Below, in pieces: positions 30,131 through 34,005 of a stretch of DNA of 34,005 nucleotides. Under the pieces are notes generated by a model, which saw only the letters and a program-made list of their open reading frames with translations, did no database searches and was not told where the DNA came from. Origin of the DNA: Pseudomonadota bacterium (lineage in GTDB: Bacteria; Pseudomonadota; Gammaproteobacteria; Xanthomonadales; SZUA-36). Positions within the stretch are counted from its first letter, which is position 1, and every line of letters starts with the position of its first letter. The DNA lies in NCBI GenBank assembly GCA_038749855.1, contig JBCDHO010000001.1, forward strand, positions 1 to 34,005, read 5' to 3'. A program made the position numbers and the translations under genes.

Positions 30131-32359
30131 ATGAACACCCAATCCCTTACCGGACTTCGTCGCCGAAGTCTGGCTTGCGCCATCACCAGCGCACTTGTAC
30201 TTGCAGCTTCACAGGCGGCTGCACAGACCGGTGACCAGGCGTCAGAAGACCGACTTGATATCGAAGAAGTGGTCGTCACTGCGACCCCGATCGACCGCGC
30301 CTCCACCGAACTGACCCAGTCCGCTGTGGTACTCCAGGGCTCAGACCTCAACAGCGAGGTCACCAACTCGCTGGGCGATACGCTGAGCCGCTTGCCTGGC
30401 CTGTCGAACGCAAGCTTCGGCCAGAACGTCGGGCGCCCGGTGATCCGAGGCCAGCAGAAGGCCCGCATTGGCGTCCTCCAGGACGGCATGAATATTTTCG
30501 ATGCCTCCGCACCCAGCCAGGACCACGCCGTGGCAACGGAACCATTCCTCGCAGATTCAATCGAGGTGCTGCTTGGTCCGAACACGCTGCTCTACGGCTC
30601 CAGCGCCATTGGCGGCGTGGTCAACGTCGTCACCAATACGATTCCCCTTGCCGTACCGGAAGACGGCTTTGAAGGACGCGTGATGATTCAGGGTGACTCG
30701 GCAGCTGACGAACGCTTCGGCGCCGGCCGGCTCGATTTTGGTACCGGTAGCTTTGCGTTCCATGTCAGTGGTTTCTACCGCCGGACAGACGATTATGAAA
30801 TCCCGGGCGCTGCAGAGCTCTTCCCGGATGAGGACCACGATGACGATCACGAGGGCGAAGACCACGACGACGATCACGATCATGAGGAAGAGGAAATGAC
30901 CGGCGTGCTCGAGAACAGCTTCCTCGACAACGAGGGTGGCTCGATCGGTGGCGCCTGGATCGGCGATAACTGGCGCGCAGGTATCTCCTACACCGCTTAC
31001 AACAGCAATTACGGTATCCCCGGTGGTCACGAGCACGCGCACGGTGACGAAGATGAGGACCACGATCATGATGAAGACCATGACGAGGACCACGACCACG
31101 AAGGTGAAGAGGAAGAAGAGGAAATCGTGACCATCGACCTCGAATCTGAGCGCATCGATGCCGTATTGAACGGCACGGACCCGTTCGCTGGCTTCTCCGA
31201 ATTCGACCTCAAGGTGGGCATCACCGACTACACGCACACGGAATTCGAAGGCGTGGAAACCGGGACCGTGTTCGACAGCGAAGCCACGGACCTGCGACTG
31301 CAGCTGTCGCACAATCCGATTGGCGTGCTTCAGGGCGCCTTTGGCCTGCAGTGGTCGGACAGTGACTTCTCCGCCGTGGGTGAGGAAGCCTTCGTACCAC
31401 CGTCCACCACGGAGACCTGGGGCCTGTTCCTGGTCGAAACCTGGGAGATCAACGACAGTTTCCTGATCGACTTCGGCCTGCGCTATGAGGACACGCAGAT
31501 CGACTCCTTCCTGATCGAGCACGAGCATGAAGAGGAGGAGCACGGCGAGGAAGAGCACGATGATGAGCCGCCCGTGCCGGCCTCCCGCGATTTCAACCCT
31601 TTCAGCGTTTCCCTGGGCGCCAAATGGGAGGTCAACGATTTCTCACATCTGACCTTTGAGATCGCCCGCGCCGAGCGTGCACCCTCGTCCTATGAGCTGT
31701 TCTCCAATGGTCCACACATTGCCACACAGACCTTTGAGATCGGTGACCCGAACCTCAACAAGGAGACCAATAACCACTACGCCGCCACCTACCGTATCCA
31801 CAGCGGCTCCCTCACCGGCGCCGTCACCCTCTACCTGGATGACTATGACGACTATATCTACCAGGCCAACACGGGCGAGATGGAAGACGGCTTCCCGGTG
31901 GCAGTCTGGCAACAGCAGGACGCCGACTTCACCGGCGGTGAGATCGAGCTGCGCTATGACTTTGGGCTAACGGACCTTGGGCGCTGGCAGCTGTTCGGCT
32001 TCTACGACTATGTGGACGCGGAACTGGCAGACGGCTCCAATGTGCCTCGCATCCCGCCGCAGCGCATCGGTGTCGGTGTCGACTGGGATACGGAGCGCTG
32101 GGGTGCCAATGTCACCTGGATCAATGCCGACGACCACACGGACACGGCCGAGTTCGAGACGCCGACGCCCGGCTACGATCTGCTGAATGCCGAGATCGCC
32201 TACTTCCTCCCGCTGGCGGGTGGAGACGCGGAGCTCGAGTTCTACCTCCAGGGCCGCAACCTGCTCGACGAGGACATTCGCAACAGCACCTCGTTCCTGA
32301 AGGATGACGCCCCGCAGATCGGTCGCAACTTCGTCTTCGGAGTACGCGCCTACTTCTGA
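30131..32359 (+). CDS. TonB-dependent receptor with three His/Asp/Glu-rich inserts (ZnuD-like metal transporter)
   Basis: AGGAG RBS, signal peptide (QAAA-Q), EEVVVTA, plug GRPVIRG and SQDHAV, IEVLLGPNTLLYGS, GPHIAT, PRIPP and a C-terminal Phe. Confidence 0.9.
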   Translation: MNTQSLTGLRRRSLACAITSALVLAASQAAAQTGDQASEDRLDIEEVVVTATPIDRASTELTQSAVVLQGSDLNSEVTNSLGDTLSRLPGLSNASFGQNVGRPVIRGQQKARIGVLQDGMNIFDASAPSQDHAVATEPFLADSIEVLLGPNTLLYGSSAIGGVVNVVTNTIPLAVPEDGFEGRVMIQGDSAADERFGAGRLDFGTGSFAFHVSGFYRRTDDYEIPGAAELFPDEDHDDDHEGEDHDDDHDHEEEEMTGVLENSFLDNEGGSIGGAWIGDNWRAGISYTAYNSNYGIPGGHEHAHGDEDEDHDHDEDHDEDHDHEGEEEEEEIVTIDLESERIDAVLNGTDPFAGFSEFDLKVGITDYTHTEFEGVETGTVFDSEATDLRLQLSHNPIGVLQGAFGLQWSDSDFSAVGEEAFVPPSTTETWGLFLVETWEINDSFLIDFGLRYEDTQIDSFLIEHEHEEEEHGEEEHDDEPPVPASRDFNPFSVSLGAKWEVNDFSHLTFEIARAERAPSSYELFSNGPHIATQTFEIGDPNLNKETNNHYAATYRIHSGSLTGAVTLYLDDYDDYIYQANTGEMEDGFPVAVWQQQDADFTGGEIELRYDFGLTDLGRWQLFGFYDYVDAELADGSNVPRIPPQRIGVGVDWDTERWGANVTWINADDHTDTAEFETPTPGYDLLNAEIAYFLPLAGGDAELEFYLQGRNLLDEDIRNSTSFLKDDAPQIGRNFVFGVRAYF

Positions 32360-32384
32360 TCCAGAACATCGGATCCGTGGTTTG

Positions 32385-32423
32385 AACGCCGGCGTCGGGC
32401 AACCCGACGCCGGCGTTTGCTTT
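32385..32423 (+). terminator. Long perfect inverted repeat, probable terminator or mRNA stabiliser after the TBDR
   Basis: aacgccggcgtcggg-caa-cccgacgccggcgtt (15-bp arms, 32385-32417), then tgcttt. Confidence 0.65.
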
Positions 32424-32434
32424 AGCATGGTCGC

Positions 32435-32983
32435 ATGGACAACATCCGTGCATTCCAGGGCACCCGCCCGGTCGTCGGTGCCCGGTGCTGGATCGACCCG
32501 ACCGCCGTGGTCATCGGCGACGTGGAAATTGGTGATGAAAGCTCGGTCTGGCCCCTGGCGGTCATCCGCGGCGACATCCACCACATCCGCATCGGCAAGC
32601 GCAGTTCCGTGCAGGATGGTTCCGTGCTGCATGTGACCCACGACGGACCCTACAATCCTGGCGGCTATGCCCTGACCGTAGGCGACGAGGTCACCATCGG
32701 CCACCAGTGCATGCTGCATGGCTGCACGCTGGGCAACCGGATCCTGGTCGGCATGGCCGCCGTGCTTATGGACGGCGTCGTGGTCGAAGATGAAGTCATT
32801 ATCGGCGCGGGCAGCCTTATCCCTCCCGGCAAAACCCTGGCCTCCGGCTATCTCTACGTCGGGCGGCCCGCCAAGCCCGTCCGGCCCGTCACCGAAGACG
32901 AAACCCGCTACTTTTCCTACACGGCCGGGCGCTACGTGAATCTGGCCCGGGATTACCTTGATGAGGCCAGCATCCTCGATTGA
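32435..32983 (+). CDS. Gamma-class carbonic anhydrase family protein (YrdA-like)
   Basis: Hexapeptide repeats, VIRGD, VQDGSVLHVTH, and VTIGHQCMLHGC (three metal-binding His). Confidence 0.92.
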   Translation: MDNIRAFQGTRPVVGARCWIDPTAVVIGDVEIGDESSVWPLAVIRGDIHHIRIGKRSSVQDGSVLHVTHDGPYNPGGYALTVGDEVTIGHQCMLHGCTLGNRILVGMAAVLMDGVVVEDEVIIGAGSLIPPGKTLASGYLYVGRPAKPVRPVTEDETRYFSYTAGRYVNLARDYLDEASILD

Positions 32984-33173
32984 GCCACCCAGACCGATGG
33001 TCTGACGCAAGCAGTACTCACCATAGGCAGATGCCCGGACCTTGACCTTCTGCTGACAGCACACGGCTATGCTTACGCCTTTAAAGCATGGTGCCAGCGC
33101 CCAACCTTCCAGGCGACGGTCAAGGCCCCGCCTGACCCTTTATTCACATGCCAGACCCGAGGGGGATACCCAA

Positions 33174-33755
33174 ATGAGCTATGAACTGCCTGCCCTGCCC
33201 TACGCCAAAGATGCCCTGGAACCGGTGATCTCGGCGGAAACCATCGACTACCACTATGGCAAGCACCACCAGGCCTACGTCACCAACCTGAATAACCTCG
33301 TGCCGGGCACCGAGCACGAAGGCAAAAGCCTGGAAGAGCTGCTCCACAGCACCAGCGGCGGGCTGTTCAACAACGCCGCCCAGGTCTGGAACCACACTTT
33401 CTACTGGAACGGCCTGAGCCCCGATGGCGGTGGCGAGCCAAGCGGCGCGCTGGGCGATGCAATCACCGAGACCTTCGGTTCCTTCGACGCCTTTAAGCAA
33501 CAGTTCATCAGGGCCGGCATCGGTAACTTCGGTTCCGGCTGGACCTGGCTGGTGAAGAATGCGGAAGGCGGCCTTGAGATCGTCAACACCGATGACGCCG
33601 AATCGCCGCTCACCCTCGGCCTGACGCCGCTGCTGACCATCGATGTTTGGGAGCACGCCTACTACATCGACTACCGCAACGCGCGTCCGAAGTACCTCGA
33701 CGAAGTCTGGAAGATCGTCAACTGGGACTTTGCCGCGGCGAACTACACGGCCTGA
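33174..33755 (+). CDS. sodB: Fe superoxide dismutase
   Basis: LPALPY, HYGKHH, FNNAAQVWNH (Fe-type AQ), FGSGW and DVWEHAYY. GAGGGGG RBS before ATG 33174. Confidence 0.95.
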   Translation: MSYELPALPYAKDALEPVISAETIDYHYGKHHQAYVTNLNNLVPGTEHEGKSLEELLHSTSGGLFNNAAQVWNHTFYWNGLSPDGGGEPSGALGDAITETFGSFDAFKQQFIRAGIGNFGSGWTWLVKNAEGGLEIVNTDDAESPLTLGLTPLLTIDVWEHAYYIDYRNARPKYLDEVWKIVNWDFAAANYTA

Positions 33756-33772
33756 CGGAAACCCCGTTTACG

Positions 33773-33801
33773 AAAAAGCCCGGCACCGGCCGGGCTTTTT
33801 T
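33773..33801. terminator. Bidirectional intrinsic terminator
   Basis: aaaaagcccggc-accg-gccgggctttttt between convergent genes. Confidence 0.9.
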
Positions 33802-33843
33802 GTGGGCTGCATTTCGTCAGTCAGAAAGCGGCTGAGCCGACCA

Positions 33844-34005
33844 TCAACCCATGACCACGTCCCATTCTGCCAGCAGCTCAGCGCTGTCATCGGGGCTGGG
33901 CCTGAATTCGGCCTGCACGCCCTGGCGACGCGTTTCGCCTTGGATGCGACGAAACACCCCGTCACGTTCGTTGCCCGGGTATCCGGCGATATAAAGCTGG
34001 GTCGC
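33844..34005 (-). CDS. 3' end of an intradiol ring-cleavage dioxygenase family protein (partial)
   Basis: Not in the ORF track. Manual translation gives ATQLYIAGYPGNERDGVFRRIQ...LLAEWDVVMG*. The TQLY..G.P.N..D and terminal (F/W)D(I/V)V(L/M) pattern fits protocatechuate 3,4-dioxygenase-like proteins. Confidence 0.6.
   Translation of the reverse strand, partial: ATQLYIAGYPGNERDGVFRRIQGETRRQGVQAEFRPSPDDSAELLAEWDVVMG

Noticed and set aside
30557-33064. Minus-strand ORFs 30557-31558 and 31967-33064
   Set aside because: They are antisense to the TBDR and gamma-CA genes. Their hydrophobic runs simply mirror the His/Asp/Glu codon repeats.
32984-33173. Possible sRNA or leader upstream of sodB (small hairpins, TTGACC...TATGCT) and the 35-aa ORF extension
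   Set aside because: The hairpins are short, the hexamer spacing is 20 bp, and no RNA family is recognisable. SodB starts at the SD-preceded ATG 33174.

Overview
High-GC bacterial chromosomal DNA, most likely from a gammaproteobacterium; the acidic secreted proteins suggest a marine or saline habitat (inference). Positions 1-24.4 kb form an alpha-glucan locus. A minus-strand run (MFS maltose-type transporter, glk, malQ, glgC, glgA, glgB, glgP, glgX) sits divergent from a secreted GH13 cyclomaltodextrinase/neopullulanase. A second minus-strand unit (TonB-dependent receptor, flavin-dependent halogenase, CBM20-alpha/beta-hydrolase) sits divergent from a LacI regulator, a second MFS transporter and a GT2. 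Three copies of a LacI-type palindrome (idealised TGAATACGTATTCA) link these units. Positions 24.4-34 kb hold a UGM-like flavoprotein, an OmpR/ColRS-like two-component system with 11-bp-phased TTCAC boxes, DUF2878/DUF6134-like genes, a 97-aa His/CxxC/RAPP upstream ORF before a His-rich ZnuD-like TonB receptor, a gamma-carbonic anhydrase family gene, sodB and the 3' end of an intradiol dioxygenase-like gene. The most notable items are (1) a candidate metal-sensing ribosome-arrest leader peptide controlling a Zn-type TonB receptor, (2) a starch-binding esterase homologue whose nucleophile Ser is Ala, and (3) a 40-bp tandem duplication at the glgA/glgB junction that creates a 15-aa coupling mini-ORF. 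No RNA genes, mobile elements or CRISPR arrays were seen. All family assignments come from motif recognition by eye, not database searches.
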